From Escherichia phage BF15: DNA of 64,000 bases. The stretch is from the sequence record MW822007.1; one strand, written 5' to 3'. The position numbers and the translations under genes were made by a program. Numbering within the stretch: the stretch's first letter is position 1; the number at the start of each line of letters is the position of its first letter. Below the pieces are notes generated by a model. The model saw nothing but the letters and a program-made list of their open reading frames with translations, was not told the DNA's origin and did not search any database. Below, piece by piece: positions 29,610-39,905 of this stretch.

Positions 29610-30247
29610 TGAATGAACCCCAATTACTAATTGAAACTTGGGGTCAACCTGGCGAAATTATTGATGGTGTGCCAATGCTTGAATCCCACGATGGAAAAGA
29701 CTTAGGTTTAAAACCTGGTTTATACATCGAAGGAATATTCATGCAAGCAGAAGTCGTCAATAGAAATAAACGTCTTTATCCAAAACGCATATTAGAAAAA
29801 GCGGTAAAAGACTATATTAATGAGCAAGTTTTAACTAAACAAGCTCTCGGAGAATTAAATCATCCTCCACGCGCTAATGTTGACCCGATGCAAGCCGCTA
29901 TCATTATAGAAGATATGTGGTGGAAAGGAAATGACGTATACGGACGAGCTCGTGTTATTGAAGGTGACCATGGTCCTGGAGATAAATTAGCAGCTAATAT
30001 TCGTGCCGGATGGATTCCAGGAGTTTCTTCTCGTGGATTAGGTTCATTGACTGACACAAATAAAGGTTATCGTATCGTAAACGAAGGATTCAAATTAACT
30101 GTAGGTGTTGATGCAGTATGGGGTCCAAGTGCTCCAGATGCATGGGTAACTCCTAAGGAAATTACCGAATCACAGACGGCGGAAGCCGATACAAGTGCCG
30201 ATGACGCCTATATGGCTCTCGCAGAGGCCATGAAAAAAGCGTTATAA
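29609..30247 (+). CDS. 21: prohead core scaffold protease
   Basis: 212 aa, length and synteny as T4 gp21. Confidence 0.9.
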   Translation: MNEPQLLIETWGQPGEIIDGVPMLESHDGKDLGLKPGLYIEGIFMQAEVVNRNKRLYPKRILEKAVKDYINEQVLTKQALGELNHPPRANVDPMQAAIIIEDMWWKGNDVYGRARVIEGDHGPGDKLAANIRAGWIPGVSSRGLGSLTDTNKGYRIVNEGFKLTVGVDAVWGPSAPDAWVTPKEITESQTAEADTSADDAYMALAEAMKKAL

Positions 30248-30250
30248 ATA
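30243..30250 (+). promoter_or_regulatory. late promoter for gene 22
   Basis: Exact TATAAATA overlapping gene 21 stop. Confidence 0.65.
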
Positions 30251-30277
30251 TTATTATCTAAACAACAGGACTACAAA

Positions 30278-31087
30278 ATGCTTAAAGAACAACTGATTGC
30301 TGAAGCGCAAAAAATTGATGCTTCCGTTGCTCTTGATAGTATTTTCGAATCAGTTAATATTTCTCCGGAAGCAAAAGAAACTTTCGGCACTGTATTCGAA
30401 GCTACCGTCAAGCAGCACGCCGTTAAATTAGCTGAATCTCATATCGCTAAAATTGCTGAAAAAGCAGAAGAAGAAGTAGAAAAAAATAAAGAAGAAGCCG
30501 AAGAAAAAGCTGAGAAGAAAATCGCTGAGCAAGCTTCTAAATTCATCGACCATCTTGCGAAAGAATGGCTCGCTGAAAATAAATTAGCAGTTGATAAAGG
30601 CATCAAAGCCGAACTGTTTGAATCCATGCTTGGTGGATTAAAAGAGCTCTTTGTTGAACACAACGTTGTTGTTCCAGAAGAATCAGTTGATGTTGTGGCT
30701 GAAATGGAAGAAGAGCTGCAAGAACATAAAGAAGAATCAGCTCGTCTGTTCGAAGAACTCAATATGCGCGACGCATATATTAATTATGTGCAGCGTGAAG
30801 TGGCATTGAGCGAAAGTACTAAAGATCTGACTGAGTCTCAAAAAGAAAAAGTCTCTGCTCTGGTCGAAGGTATGGATTATTCAGATGAATTCTCAAATAA
30901 ATTGAGTGCCATCGTAGAAATGGTGAAGAAGTCTAATAAAGATGAAAGCACTATTACTGAGGGTATAAATACTCCTGATACTGAAGCAGCCGGACTGAAT
31001 TTCGTCACTGAAGCTGTAGAAGATAAAGCTGCACCTGGTGCAGAAGATATTGTAAGTGTATATGCGAAAGTCGCATCTCGTTTCTAA
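30278..31087 (+). CDS. 22: prohead core scaffolding protein
   Basis: 269 aa highly charged alpha-helical protein; length and synteny as T4 gp22. Confidence 0.9.
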   Translation: MLKEQLIAEAQKIDASVALDSIFESVNISPEAKETFGTVFEATVKQHAVKLAESHIAKIAEKAEEEVEKNKEEAEEKAEKKIAEQASKFIDHLAKEWLAENKLAVDKGIKAELFESMLGGLKELFVEHNVVVPEESVDVVAEMEEELQEHKEESARLFEELNMRDAYINYVQREVALSESTKDLTESQKEKVSALVEGMDYSDEFSNKLSAIVEMVKKSNKDESTITEGINTPDTEAAGLNFVTEAVEDKAAPGAEDIVSVYAKVASRF

Positions 31088-31105
31088 TTTTAAAGGTTAA
31101 CACAA

Positions 31106-32671
31106 ATGACTATCAAAACTAAAGCTGAACTTTTGAACAAATGGAAGCCATTACTGGAAGGTGAAGGTTTATCGGAAATTGCTAATAGCAAACAAGCGAT
31201 TATCGCTAAAATCTTTGAAAACCAGGAAAAAGATTTCCAGACAGCTCCAGAGTACAAAGACGAAAAAATTGCTCAGGCATTCGGTTCTTTCTTAACAGAA
31301 GCTGAAATCGGTGGTGACCACGGTTACAACGCTACTAACATCGCTGCTGGTCAGACTTCTGGCGCAGTAACTCAGATTGGCCCAGCTGTTATGGGTATGG
31401 TACGTCGTGCTATTCCTAACCTGATTGCTTTCGATATTTGCGGTGTTCAGCCGATGAACAGCCCAACTGGTCAGGTATTCGCACTGCGCGCAGTATATGG
31501 TAAAGACCCAATCGCTGCCGGCGCTAAAGAAGCATTCCACCCAATGTATGGTCCAGATGCAATGTTCTCTGGTCAGGGTGCTGCTAAGAAATTCCCAGCT
31601 CTGGCTGCTAGCACACAAACCGTTGTAGGTGATATCTATACTCACTTCTTCCAGGAAACTGGTACTGTGTATCTGCAGGCTTCTGCTGTAGTAACAATCG
31701 ATGCTGGTGCATCTGACGCAGCTAAATTAGATGCAGAAATTAAGAAACAAATGGAAGCTGGTGTACTGGTAGAAATCGCTGAAGGTATGGCTACTTCTAT
31801 CGCTGAACTCCAGGAAGGTTTCAACGGTTCTACCGATAACCCATGGAATGAAATGGGCTTCCGTATCGATAAACAAGTTATCGAAGCTAAATCTCGTCAG
31901 CTGAAAGCTGCTTACTCTATCGAATTAGCACAAGACCTCCGCGCTGTTCACGGTATGGATGCTGATGCTGAACTGTCTGGTATTCTGGCTACCGAAATCA
32001 TGCTGGAAATCAACCGTGAAGTTGTTGATTGGATTAACTACTCAGCTCAGGTTGGTAAATCTGGTATGACCCTGACTCCAGGTTCTAAAGCTGGTGTATT
32101 TGACTTCCAGGATCCGATTGATATTCGTGGTGCTCGCTGGGCGGGTGAATCCTTTAAAGCTCTGTTGTTCCAGATTGACAAAGAAGCAGTTGAAATTGCT
32201 CGTCAGACCGGTCGTGGTGAAGGTAACTTCATTATCGCTTCCCGTAACGTAGTTAACGTTCTGGCTTCAGTTGATACCGGCATTTCTTATGCTGCACAGG
32301 GTCTGGCTACCGGCTTTAACACTGATACTACCAAGTCAGTATTTGCTGGTGTTCTGGGTGGTAAATACCGTGTATATATCGACCAGTATGCTAAACAGGA
32401 TTATTTCACTGTAGGTTATAAAGGTCCGAACGAAATGGATGCTGGTATTTACTATGCTCCATATGTAGCTCTGACTCCGCTGCGTGGTTCCGATCCGAAG
32501 AACTTCCAACCAGTAATGGGATTCAAAACTCGTTACGGTATCGGTATCAACCCATTTGCAGAATCCGCTGCTCAGGCTCCGGCTTCTCGCATCCAGAGCG
32601 GTATGCCTTCTATTCTGAATAGCCTTGGTAAAAACGCTTACTTCCGCCGTGTATATGTTAAAGGTATCTAA
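31106..32671 (+). CDS. 23: major capsid protein
   Basis: 521 aa, length and synteny as T4 gp23; strong terminator downstream. Confidence 0.95.
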   Translation: MTIKTKAELLNKWKPLLEGEGLSEIANSKQAIIAKIFENQEKDFQTAPEYKDEKIAQAFGSFLTEAEIGGDHGYNATNIAAGQTSGAVTQIGPAVMGMVRRAIPNLIAFDICGVQPMNSPTGQVFALRAVYGKDPIAAGAKEAFHPMYGPDAMFSGQGAAKKFPALAASTQTVVGDIYTHFFQETGTVYLQASAVVTIDAGASDAAKLDAEIKKQMEAGVLVEIAEGMATSIAELQEGFNGSTDNPWNEMGFRIDKQVIEAKSRQLKAAYSIELAQDLRAVHGMDADAELSGILATEIMLEINREVVDWINYSAQVGKSGMTLTPGSKAGVFDFQDPIDIRGARWAGESFKALLFQIDKEAVEIARQTGRGEGNFIIASRNVVNVLASVDTGISYAAQGLATGFNTDTTKSVFAGVLGGKYRVYIDQYAKQDYFTVGYKGPNEMDAGIYYAPYVALTPLRGSDPKNFQPVMGFKTRYGIGINPFAESAAQAPASRIQSGMPSILNSLGKNAYFRRVYVKGI

Positions 32672-32685
32672 TCTTTGACGATTTA

Positions 32686-32716
32686 AGGGACCTTCGGGTC
32701 CCTTTAGTTGTTTTTA
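32686..32716 (+). terminator. rho-independent terminator after major capsid gene 23
   Basis: AGGGACC-TTCG-GGTCCCT hairpin followed by T-rich tract. Confidence 0.8.
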
Positions 32717-32719
32717 TGG

Positions 32720-32727
32720 TATAAATA
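32720..32727 (+). promoter_or_regulatory. late promoter for gene 24
   Basis: Exact TATAAATA 27 nt upstream of ATG 32755, after gene 23 terminator. Confidence 0.7.
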
Positions 32728-32754
32728 AATCATATAAACCAAAAGGAAAGCGCA

Positions 32755-34038
32755 ATGGCTAAAATCAACGAACTTCTGCGCGAATCAACCACAACGAATA
32801 GCAACTCAATCGGTCGCCCAAATCTCGTTGCTTTGACTCGCGCTACCACTAAATTAATATATTCTGACATTGTAGCAACGCAAAGAACTAATCAACCTGT
32901 TGCTGCTTTTTATGGTATTAAATACCTTAACCCAGATAACGAATTTACATTTAAAACTGGTGCTACTTACGCTGGCGAAGCTGGGTATGTAGACCGAGAA
33001 CAAATCACAGAATTAACAGAAGAGTCTAAATTAACTCTCAATAAAGGCGATTTATTCAAATATAATAATATCGTTTATAAAGTATTAGAAGATACACCAT
33101 TTGCTACCATTGAAGAAAGCGATTTAGAATTAGCTCTTCAGATTGCAATTGTTCTTTTAAAGGTTCGTCTATTTTCTGACGCAGCGTCAACGAGCAAATT
33201 TGAAAGCTCTGATAGTGAAATTGCGGATGCTAGATTCCAGATTAATAAATGGCAAACTGCAGTTAAATCTCGTAAACTTAAAACTGGCATCACAGTTGAA
33301 TTAGCACAAGATTTAGAAGCAAATGGATTCGATGCTCCTAATTTCCTGGAAGATTTGCTTGCAACTGAAATGGCGGATGAAATCAATAAAGATATTTTAC
33401 AGTCTTTGATTACAGTATCAAAACGCTATAAAGTTACAGGAATTACTGATACTGGATTCATTGATTTGAGCTATGCATCTGCACCTGAAGCTGGTCGTTC
33501 ATTATACCGAATGGTATGTGAAATGGTTTCACATATCCAAAAAGAATCAACTTATACAGCAACGTTCTGTGTTGCTTCAGCTCGTGCCGCTGCGATTCTT
33601 GCTGCATCAGGTTGGTTAAAACATAAACCAGAAGATGATAAATATCTTTCACAAAATGCCTACGGGTTCTTAGCTAATGGTTTACCGCTTTATTGCGATA
33701 CTAACAGCCCATTAGATTATGTAATCGTTGGTGTAGTAGAAAATATCGGCGAAAAAGAAATTGTTGGATCAATTTTCTATGCTCCGTATACAGAAGGTCT
33801 TGACTTAGATGACCCTGAACATGTAGGTGCATTTAAAGTTGTAGTTGATCCAGAAAGTTTGCAGCCATCTATCGGTTTATTAGTTAGATATGCTTTATCT
33901 GCAAATCCTTACACTGTAGCAAAAGATGAAAAAGAAGCAAGAATAATTGATGGTGGAGACATGGATAAAATGGCGGGTCGTTCAGATTTGTCTGTTTTAT
34001 TAGGTGTTAAGCTACCAAAAATTATCGTTGATGAATAA
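32755..34038 (+). CDS. 24: capsid vertex protein
   Basis: 427 aa, length and synteny as T4 gp24; TATAAATA upstream. Confidence 0.95.
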   Translation: MAKINELLRESTTTNSNSIGRPNLVALTRATTKLIYSDIVATQRTNQPVAAFYGIKYLNPDNEFTFKTGATYAGEAGYVDREQITELTEESKLTLNKGDLFKYNNIVYKVLEDTPFATIEESDLELALQIAIVLLKVRLFSDAASTSKFESSDSEIADARFQINKWQTAVKSRKLKTGITVELAQDLEANGFDAPNFLEDLLATEMADEINKDILQSLITVSKRYKVTGITDTGFIDLSYASAPEAGRSLYRMVCEMVSHIQKESTYTATFCVASARAAAILAASGWLKHKPEDDKYLSQNAYGFLANGLPLYCDTNSPLDYVIVGVVENIGEKEIVGSIFYAPYTEGLDLDDPEHVGAFKVVVDPESLQPSIGLLVRYALSANPYTVAKDEKEARIIDGGDMDKMAGRSDLSVLLGVKLPKIIVDE

Positions 34039-34041
34039 AAC

Positions 34042-34068
34042 AAAGGGACCTTTCGGTCCCTTTTTATT
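34042..34068. terminator. bidirectional terminator between gene 24 (+) and rnlB (-)
   Basis: AAAGGGACC-TTTC-GGTCCCTTT hairpin flanked by A-run and T-run, terminator-like on both strands. Confidence 0.8.
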
Positions 34069-35072
34069 TAACTTACCAATTCAATCCAAGCCGGACGAAG
34101 TACATCTTGTACCATTTTAACTAATTCCTTTTTAACCAAAGAAGGATTATCCGCTTGAGTTAGAGTAATACCTTCACGAGAAGTTTCTTCCAAAATATCT
34201 TGAACAGTTAGCCCCATCACCTTTCCAAAATCCTTCGGACCAATTTCGCCAATTTTAGAAATAACGTTATTTACTCGGTTCAGTGTAACGTAGCAAGCTA
34301 AAATTCCCAGCAATTTATTATCAGCTTCTGACAACTCAACTTTAGCTTTAATAGGCTTATCAGACTTTTTCTTTTCACTAAATTTAGAGTTCTTGCATTT
34401 AATAGCTACACGATTGCCATTAGGCATCCAAGAAGGATAACAAGGTTTCAATACATAGCCTTCAGCGGTAAATACTTCGCCTTTTGCTTCGGCATTCCAG
34501 ACGTATTTATTTGCATAAACTAATCCAGCATGGTCTACCGTAAAATTATAATCCTGGACTACAGAATCTAAATCATTTGGCAATTTAATAAGCTCTTCAA
34601 ATTTACCACGACCTAAAAGTGGAGCCATTTTAAATTTAAATGTATTACAGAATGATTCCATCATATAATCATCGACATAAGTCACATCACCACTTTCGGT
34701 AGTAACAATAATGTCAAATACATAAAAATCTTTATCACCATAATCGATATTCTTCTGAATGCCAGGTCCAGCAAATTCGCCAAAGACTTGATAAGATACA
34801 ACTGCCGAAGTTTCCATAATATCTTGTACTGCTTTAATGGAATCAGCGTAATTCTTTAGAATAATTTCATACCCAAAGAAATCTTCAGCAGGAAGAATCG
34901 GTCCAGTACGTTTAGCACAAGTTGCTTTATCGCGCTCAATAATCAACGAGAAATTTGTACCATGAATCTTTTCACGAGCTACCCATTCGCCGCCAGTCAA
35001 TCCTAAACTATAAAGTTTTTCAATGAATTTAAAATTGTAATGATTTTCAAGACTGCTATACTTTTTAAACAT
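34068..35072 (-). CDS. rnlB: RNA ligase 2
   Basis: 334 aa; nucleotidyltransferase motif I EKIHGTN; length and position as T4 Rnl2. Confidence 0.9.
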   Translation of the reverse strand: MFKKYSSLENHYNFKFIEKLYSLGLTGGEWVAREKIHGTNFSLIIERDKATCAKRTGPILPAEDFFGYEIILKNYADSIKAVQDIMETSAVVSYQVFGEFAGPGIQKNIDYGDKDFYVFDIIVTTESGDVTYVDDYMMESFCNTFKFKMAPLLGRGKFEELIKLPNDLDSVVQDYNFTVDHAGLVYANKYVWNAEAKGEVFTAEGYVLKPCYPSWMPNGNRVAIKCKNSKFSEKKKSDKPIKAKVELSEADNKLLGILACYVTLNRVNNVISKIGEIGPKDFGKVMGLTVQDILEETSREGITLTQADNPSLVKKELVKMVQDVLRPAWIELVS

Positions 35073-35081
35073 AATTAATCC

Positions 35082-35360
35082 TCAAAATGTAATTTCTAAC
35101 CAATCACCATCACGCTGGTCACTATTGACTTTAAAGCTAAATCCTTCTTTTCTCAGCCAATCACCAATTTCTTCAGTAATCAATTTATCACGAGCAGTAC
35201 AATAATAACTAAAATATGTTTTACCTTGTTCAGCTGCTTTATTAGCAAGTTCCGAAAAATCTTTAATAAAACACTCTAGCTTAAACTGTTTGCTTTTAAG
35301 TGCTTTTTCGCGTAATTGATTAGCAAAAGATTCATTTTCATAAAGATCATACTGTTCCAT
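35082..35360 (-). CDS. hypothetical protein (24.2-like position)
   Basis: 92 aa ORF in the rnlB-hoc interval, codirectional. Confidence 0.6.
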   Translation of the reverse strand: MEQYDLYENESFANQLREKALKSKQFKLECFIKDFSELANKAAEQGKTYFSYYCTARDKLITEEIGDWLRKEGFSFKVNSDQRDGDWLEITF

Positions 35361-35562
35361 TTTTCACCTTTTTATTAATATGTCTTTTTCTATAGACAAC
35401 TTTTTCTCGAGTCTCAAATTTATTCTTAGCAGTCATAGCTCGAGCCCATAATACAGCCACTTCCTTTGCCTGTAAGTTCAATTCACGAGCAATTTCAATG
35501 AATGACTTTCCAGACTCATGGAGTGTAAACACCACAACCTCAGTTCTCATAATCAATCTCAT
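35347..35562 (-). CDS. hypothetical small protein with possible helix-turn-helix (24.3-like position)
   Basis: 71 aa ORF; segment SGKSFIEIARELNLQAKEVAVLW looks HTH-like; start may be an internal Met. Confidence 0.5.
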   Translation of the reverse strand: MRLIMRTEVVVFTLHESGKSFIEIARELNLQAKEVAVLWARAMTAKNKFETREKVVYRKRHINKKVKNGTV

Positions 35563-35629
35563 GCTATCGAGTTGGTGCCATTATATACATCGTTTTCTGA
35601 TTGCGTTTTGTGTGCTTTCAAAATGAAGA

Positions 35630-35647
35630 AAGGGGCCGAAGCCCCTG
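35630..35647 (-). terminator. terminator after hoc (minus strand)
   Basis: AGGGGC-TTCG-GCCCCT hairpin followed by T-rich stretch on the minus strand. Confidence 0.6.
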
Positions 35648-35650
35648 AGA

Positions 35651-37069
35651 TTATGGATAGGTATAGATGATACCAGTTTCTAAAGCAGTTTTATGAATGA
35701 TGTATCCATTACGCGATTCTTGAACATCAACTTCTGGATAGTCTTTCATCATCTTCTGAAGAGTGTAACGATGCAAGTAGTATTTACTATCTGGATCTTC
35801 AGTTTTCCAATCTTTACCTTCTTCAGTCATTTTTTGGATTTCATCCATAACCCACCAACCGCACCAGATATAAGCTGAGCTACGATGTGGAAGAGGATGA
35901 ACATAAGGTAATTCACCTTCTGGTTCCGGAGCAACTTTATCAGTCACTTGAACTTGACCTGTGGCTTTAACTGTTTTACTATCATAGTCAGTTGCTGTAA
36001 CGACAGCAGTAACTTCAATAGTTTGACTTCCAATAGATGAGGTATCAACAGTATATACGTTAGTTGACCCTTCCACAGGAGAAGAATCTTTCTTCCATGA
36101 GTAAGTAATTTGTGCTGCTTCAGGTGCGCCAGTAACATTAGCAGTAAATGTAGCCGAAGCATCTTGCTGAACATTAATAGAAGGAGGAGTCAATGTAACC
36201 TGTGGATTCATTGTCTTCTTATTAACTGTCAATGATACTTCATTGGAAGTAACTTCCTTTTCATTATAATTTTCTGCAGTTACTTGGGCTACGCATTTAA
36301 TTCTTTTTACTCCACTTGTAGTTGGAGTATAGTTAAATGTAGAGTTAGTTTCTCCACCAACTTGTGAATCATCTACATACCACTGATACGTGGCAGACGC
36401 TCCATCAGGTTGAGAAGCTAAGGCAGCAGTAAATTGAACCGGGGTTCCAATTACTCCAGCAGCAGGACTAGCAGGAGTTACTGCCAAGGTAGTTGTCTGT
36501 GTCTTTTTATTAACCGTTAATGATACTTCATTGGAAGTAACTTCCTTTGCATCATAATCTGTCGCGGTTACTTGAGCTACACACTTAATTGTTTTAACTC
36601 CGCTTGTGGAAGGAGTGTAATTGAATGTAGCAGAAGTTGCTTCGCCCACAGGAGAACCGTCAACGTACCATTGATACGTAGCAGATGCGCCTGATGGCTG
36701 CGAAGCTAAGGCAGCAGTAAATTCAACGGCTGTTCCGATTACTCCTTCTGGAGGACTATTAGGAGTTATAGCTAAGGTAGTTGTTTGTGTCTTATTTTGA
36801 ACTGTGATAGTTGTACTAATTTCAGCTGTTTCAGCTTCAGAATCAGGAATAGTATTTGTTGCAACTACCTTAATAGTCTTTTGACCAGCAGGTCCTTTTA
36901 ATACATAATCAAAAGTTGCTGCTGATCCTTCTTGGGGAGCATTATCTACGCTCCAAGCATATGTAATAGTTCCACCTCCAGTTTCACCACTGGGTGTAGC
37001 AGTAAACTGCTGAGTCTGATCTATAACTCCAGTAGGTGTTTTAGGAGTTATATCAACTGTAAAAGCCAT
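35651..37069 (-). CDS. hoc: Hoc highly immunogenic outer capsid protein, with one extra Ig-like domain
   Basis: 472 aa; N- and C-terminal sequence as T4 Hoc (C-terminal capsid-binding region ...YVHPLPHRSSAYIWCGWW...); internal tandem repeat of about 96 aa. Confidence 0.9.
   Translation of the reverse strand: MAFTVDITPKTPTGVIDQTQQFTATPSGETGGGTITYAWSVDNAPQEGSAATFDYVLKGPAGQKTIKVVATNTIPDSEAETAEISTTITVQNKTQTTTLAITPNSPPEGVIGTAVEFTAALASQPSGASATYQWYVDGSPVGEATSATFNYTPSTSGVKTIKCVAQVTATDYDAKEVTSNEVSLTVNKKTQTTTLAVTPASPAAGVIGTPVQFTAALASQPDGASATYQWYVDDSQVGGETNSTFNYTPTTSGVKRIKCVAQVTAENYNEKEVTSNEVSLTVNKKTMNPQVTLTPPSINVQQDASATFTANVTGAPEAAQITYSWKKDSSPVEGSTNVYTVDTSSIGSQTIEVTAVVTATDYDSKTVKATGQVQVTDKVAPEPEGELPYVHPLPHRSSAYIWCGWWVMDEIQKMTEEGKDWKTEDPDSKYYLHRYTLQKMMKDYPEVDVQESRNGYIIHKTALETGIIYTYP
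36213..36790 (-). repeat. intragenic tandem duplication (2 x about 288 bp) within hoc
   Basis: Two adjacent about 288-bp units roughly 85 percent identical by eye, encoding two near-identical about 96-aa Ig-like segments. Confidence 0.85.
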
Positions 37070-37078
37070 AAGTTATCC

Positions 37079-37759
37079 TTATTTTAATGTTACGAAAGAA
37101 GAGTTGCGTGTTTCACGAATTAAAACTGATCCGTCACGGTTAATGTAGTAAATTAAGCTAAATAAAGTTTGGTGTGCTGACGCGTGTTCAAAACTAGTTG
37201 GGTGAGATTTCCAATCCGGAGTTTCAGCAATCCATTGATAAATCCACCAAGGAACCGTACAGAATCCTGGATTTTTTCCAATCAGCTGAAGATTTGGACT
37301 AAAGTTTTCCGGAAGAGTAAATACAGACGGCTTTTCAGATTCAATAATCTCAGCTACAGCCTGTTCGAATTTTTCTTCAACAAAAGGAGTATCTTCAATC
37401 AAAACATCGGTATTTTCAGGAATTTTATCCGTTTCTACTACTTCAATTTTAATGTCAGATTTAACCGGAGAATCAATCAGAAGTGCTGCTTCTGGATTGA
37501 CTTCTTCATCGTCATATTTTAACCCTTCTGCGGCATCAGCAGCATCGATTAAGTCTTTAATAGATAACCCATCAGTCTCTGGCATAGGTTCACTAGCGAG
37601 CTTCTGGAGGGCTTCTTCAATATCAATAACGATATTATCAAAAGATTTATTCTTTTTGACCTTTATACCAAACTGTTCAGCATATTCAGCTAATTTAGCT
37701 TTAGCTTCTTTATTATCATCAAGAGCCTTCAGCTCTGCAATATAATCTTTATCTATCAT
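37079..37759 (-). CDS. inh: Inh, inhibitor of prohead protease
   Basis: 226 aa acidic protein between hoc and uvsW as in T4. Confidence 0.8.
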   Translation of the reverse strand: MIDKDYIAELKALDDNKEAKAKLAEYAEQFGIKVKKNKSFDNIVIDIEEALQKLASEPMPETDGLSIKDLIDAADAAEGLKYDDEEVNPEAALLIDSPVKSDIKIEVVETDKIPENTDVLIEDTPFVEEKFEQAVAEIIESEKPSVFTLPENFSPNLQLIGKNPGFCTVPWWIYQWIAETPDWKSHPTSFEHASAHQTLFSLIYYINRDGSVLIRETRNSSFVTLK

Positions 37760-37772
37760 AATATTTCCTCAG

Positions 37773-37780
37773 TATAAATA
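37773..37780 (+). promoter_or_regulatory. late promoter for uvsW
   Basis: Exact TATAAATA 29 nt upstream of ATG 37810. Confidence 0.7.
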
Positions 37781-37809
37781 TAGATATATTTATTACATGG
37801 TATTTAGAC

Positions 37810-39321
37810 ATGACTGACATTAAAGTACATTTTTATGATTTTAGTCACGTGAGAATTGATTGTGAAGAAAGTACATTTCATGAACTCCGTGATTTCTTTA
37901 GCTTTGAAGCTGATGGATATCGTTTTAATCCGAAATACAAATATGGTCACTGGGATGGACGAATCCGTCTATTAGATTATAATCGCCTTCTTCCATTCGG
38001 CTTAGTTGGGCAAATTAAAAAGTTCTGTGATAACTTTGGCTATAAAGCCTGGATTGACCCGCAAATTAACGAAAAAGAAGAATTATCAAGAAAAGATTTT
38101 GATGAATGGCTTTCTAAATTAGAAATCTATTCAGGAAATAAAAGAATTGAACCACACTGGTATCAAAAAGATGCAGTGTTCGAAGGATTAGTTAATCGTC
38201 GTAGAATTCTTAATCTTCCAACATCCGCAGGTAAATCTTTAATTCAAGCTTTGCTTGCACGTTATTATTTGGAAAATTATGAAGGTAAAATTCTTATCAT
38301 TGTTCCAACAACTGCTCTGACAACTCAGATGGCTGATGACTTTGTTGACTATCGTTTATTCAGTCATGCAATGATAAAGAAAATCGGCGGCGGAGCATCA
38401 AAAGATGATAAATATAAAAATGATGCACCGGTAATTGTTGGTACATGGCAAACTGTAGTAAAACAACCAAAAGAATGGTTCTCACAGTTTGGAATGATGA
38501 TGAATGATGAATGTCATCTTGCTACAGGAAAAAGTATTTCATCTATCATATCAGGTTTAAATAACTGCATGTTCAAATTTGGTCTATCAGGTTCATTACG
38601 TGATGGCAAAGCTAATATCATGCAGTATGTTGGAATGTTTGGTGAAATATTTAAGCCAGTAACGACTTCTAAATTGATGGAAGATGGACAAGTAACTGAG
38701 TTAAAAATTAATAGTATTTTTCTTCGCTATCCCGATGAGTTCACTACTAAATTAAAGGGAAAAACTTACCAAGAAGAAATAAAAATTATTACTGGGCTCA
38801 GTAAAAGAAATAAATGGATCGCTAAATTAGCTATTAAACTTGCGCAAAAAGATGAAAACGCTTTTGTCATGTTTAAGCATGTATCACATGGTAAAGCTAT
38901 TTTCGATTTAATTAAAAATGAATACGATAAAGTTTATTACGTATCAGGGGAAGTTGATACTGAAACACGCAACGTAATGAAAACCTTAGCTGAAAATGGT
39001 AAAGGAATAATTATAGTAGCTAGTTATGGTGTATTTTCTACTGGTATTTCAGTTAAAAATCTACATCACGTTGTTTTAGCGCATGGTGTTAAATCTAAAA
39101 TTATTGTATTGCAAACAATAGGTCGCGTATTACGTAAGCATGGTTCTAAAACAATCGCAACGGTCTGGGACCTCATAGATGACGCGGGCGTAGTTTCTAA
39201 ATCAAAAACATCTTCTAAAAAATACTCGCATTTAAACTATCTTTTAAAACATGGACTTGATCGTATTCAGCGTTATGCTGATGAGAAGTTTAATTATGTG
39301 ATGAAAGAGGTTAAACTTTGA
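37810..39321 (+). CDS. uvsW: UvsW DNA/RNA helicase
   Basis: 503 aa; helicase motifs PTSAGKS and DECH; length as T4 UvsW; TATAAATA upstream. Confidence 0.9.
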   Translation: MTDIKVHFYDFSHVRIDCEESTFHELRDFFSFEADGYRFNPKYKYGHWDGRIRLLDYNRLLPFGLVGQIKKFCDNFGYKAWIDPQINEKEELSRKDFDEWLSKLEIYSGNKRIEPHWYQKDAVFEGLVNRRRILNLPTSAGKSLIQALLARYYLENYEGKILIIVPTTALTTQMADDFVDYRLFSHAMIKKIGGGASKDDKYKNDAPVIVGTWQTVVKQPKEWFSQFGMMMNDECHLATGKSISSIISGLNNCMFKFGLSGSLRDGKANIMQYVGMFGEIFKPVTTSKLMEDGQVTELKINSIFLRYPDEFTTKLKGKTYQEEIKIITGLSKRNKWIAKLAIKLAQKDENAFVMFKHVSHGKAIFDLIKNEYDKVYYVSGEVDTETRNVMKTLAENGKGIIIVASYGVFSTGISVKNLHHVVLAHGVKSKIIVLQTIGRVLRKHGSKTIATVWDLIDDAGVVSKSKTSSKKYSHLNYLLKHGLDRIQRYADEKFNYVMKEVKL

Positions 39322-39905
39322 ATTATAAATTAATATACGATAATTTAATTAATAGAGCCCAGAATCGGGCTCGCCTTAATGGATACACTGAAACTCATCA
39401 TATAATTCCTAGATGTATGGGCGGTACGGATGATAAGTGTAATTTGGTAGAACTAACAGCTGAAGAGCATTTTATAGCTCATAAACTTTTAGCTAAAATT
39501 CATCCAAACCATTACGGTATAATTAAAGCCGTTATATGTATGGGGATGAATTCAAAGACTCATGAAAGACACGTTAATAAATCTTACGCCTGGGAACGTC
39601 GTAAAATGGCAGAACTTCAATCAGGTGAAGGTAATCCATTTTACGGAAAACACCATACGGAAGAACATAAACAATATATGTCAAAACTCATGAAAAATCG
39701 TCCAATTACGTGGGGAAGTAAAATTAGTAAAACTAAAAGAATGAACCCAACAAAATGGACTGAAGAAGCTAAAAGATTGCATTCTATCAATCAGGTAAAA
39801 ATAATGGCATGTATGGAAGGAAACATTCCGCTAAATCTATTCAGAAAATTAAAGATAACATGCCAGATAATTCAGGAGCTAATAACCCAGCTGCTAAACC
39901 TATAG
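39318..39905 (+). CDS. HNH homing endonuclease, N-terminal part (frame A)
   Basis: HNH motif HHIIPRCMGG...N...EEHFIAH; NUMOD-like repeat GNPFYGKHHTEEHKQYMS; no ATG start, ORF opens at TTG overlapping uvsW stop. Confidence 0.7.
   Translation: MNYKLIYDNLINRAQNRARLNGYTETHHIIPRCMGGTDDKCNLVELTAEEHFIAHKLLAKIHPNHYGIIKAVICMGMNSKTHERHVNKSYAWERRKMAELQSGEGNPFYGKHHTEEHKQYMSKLMKNRPITWGSKISKTKRMNPTKWTEEAKRLHSINQVKIMACMEGNIPLNLFRKLKITCQIIQELITQLLNL

Noticed and set aside
30439-30762. 107-aa minus-strand Ser-rich ORF
   Set aside because: Antisense shadow of the Glu/Lys-rich scaffold gene 22
37184-37745. Two plus-strand ORFs (112 and 97 aa) inside inh
   Set aside because: Antisense to a well-supported gene; low-complexity translations
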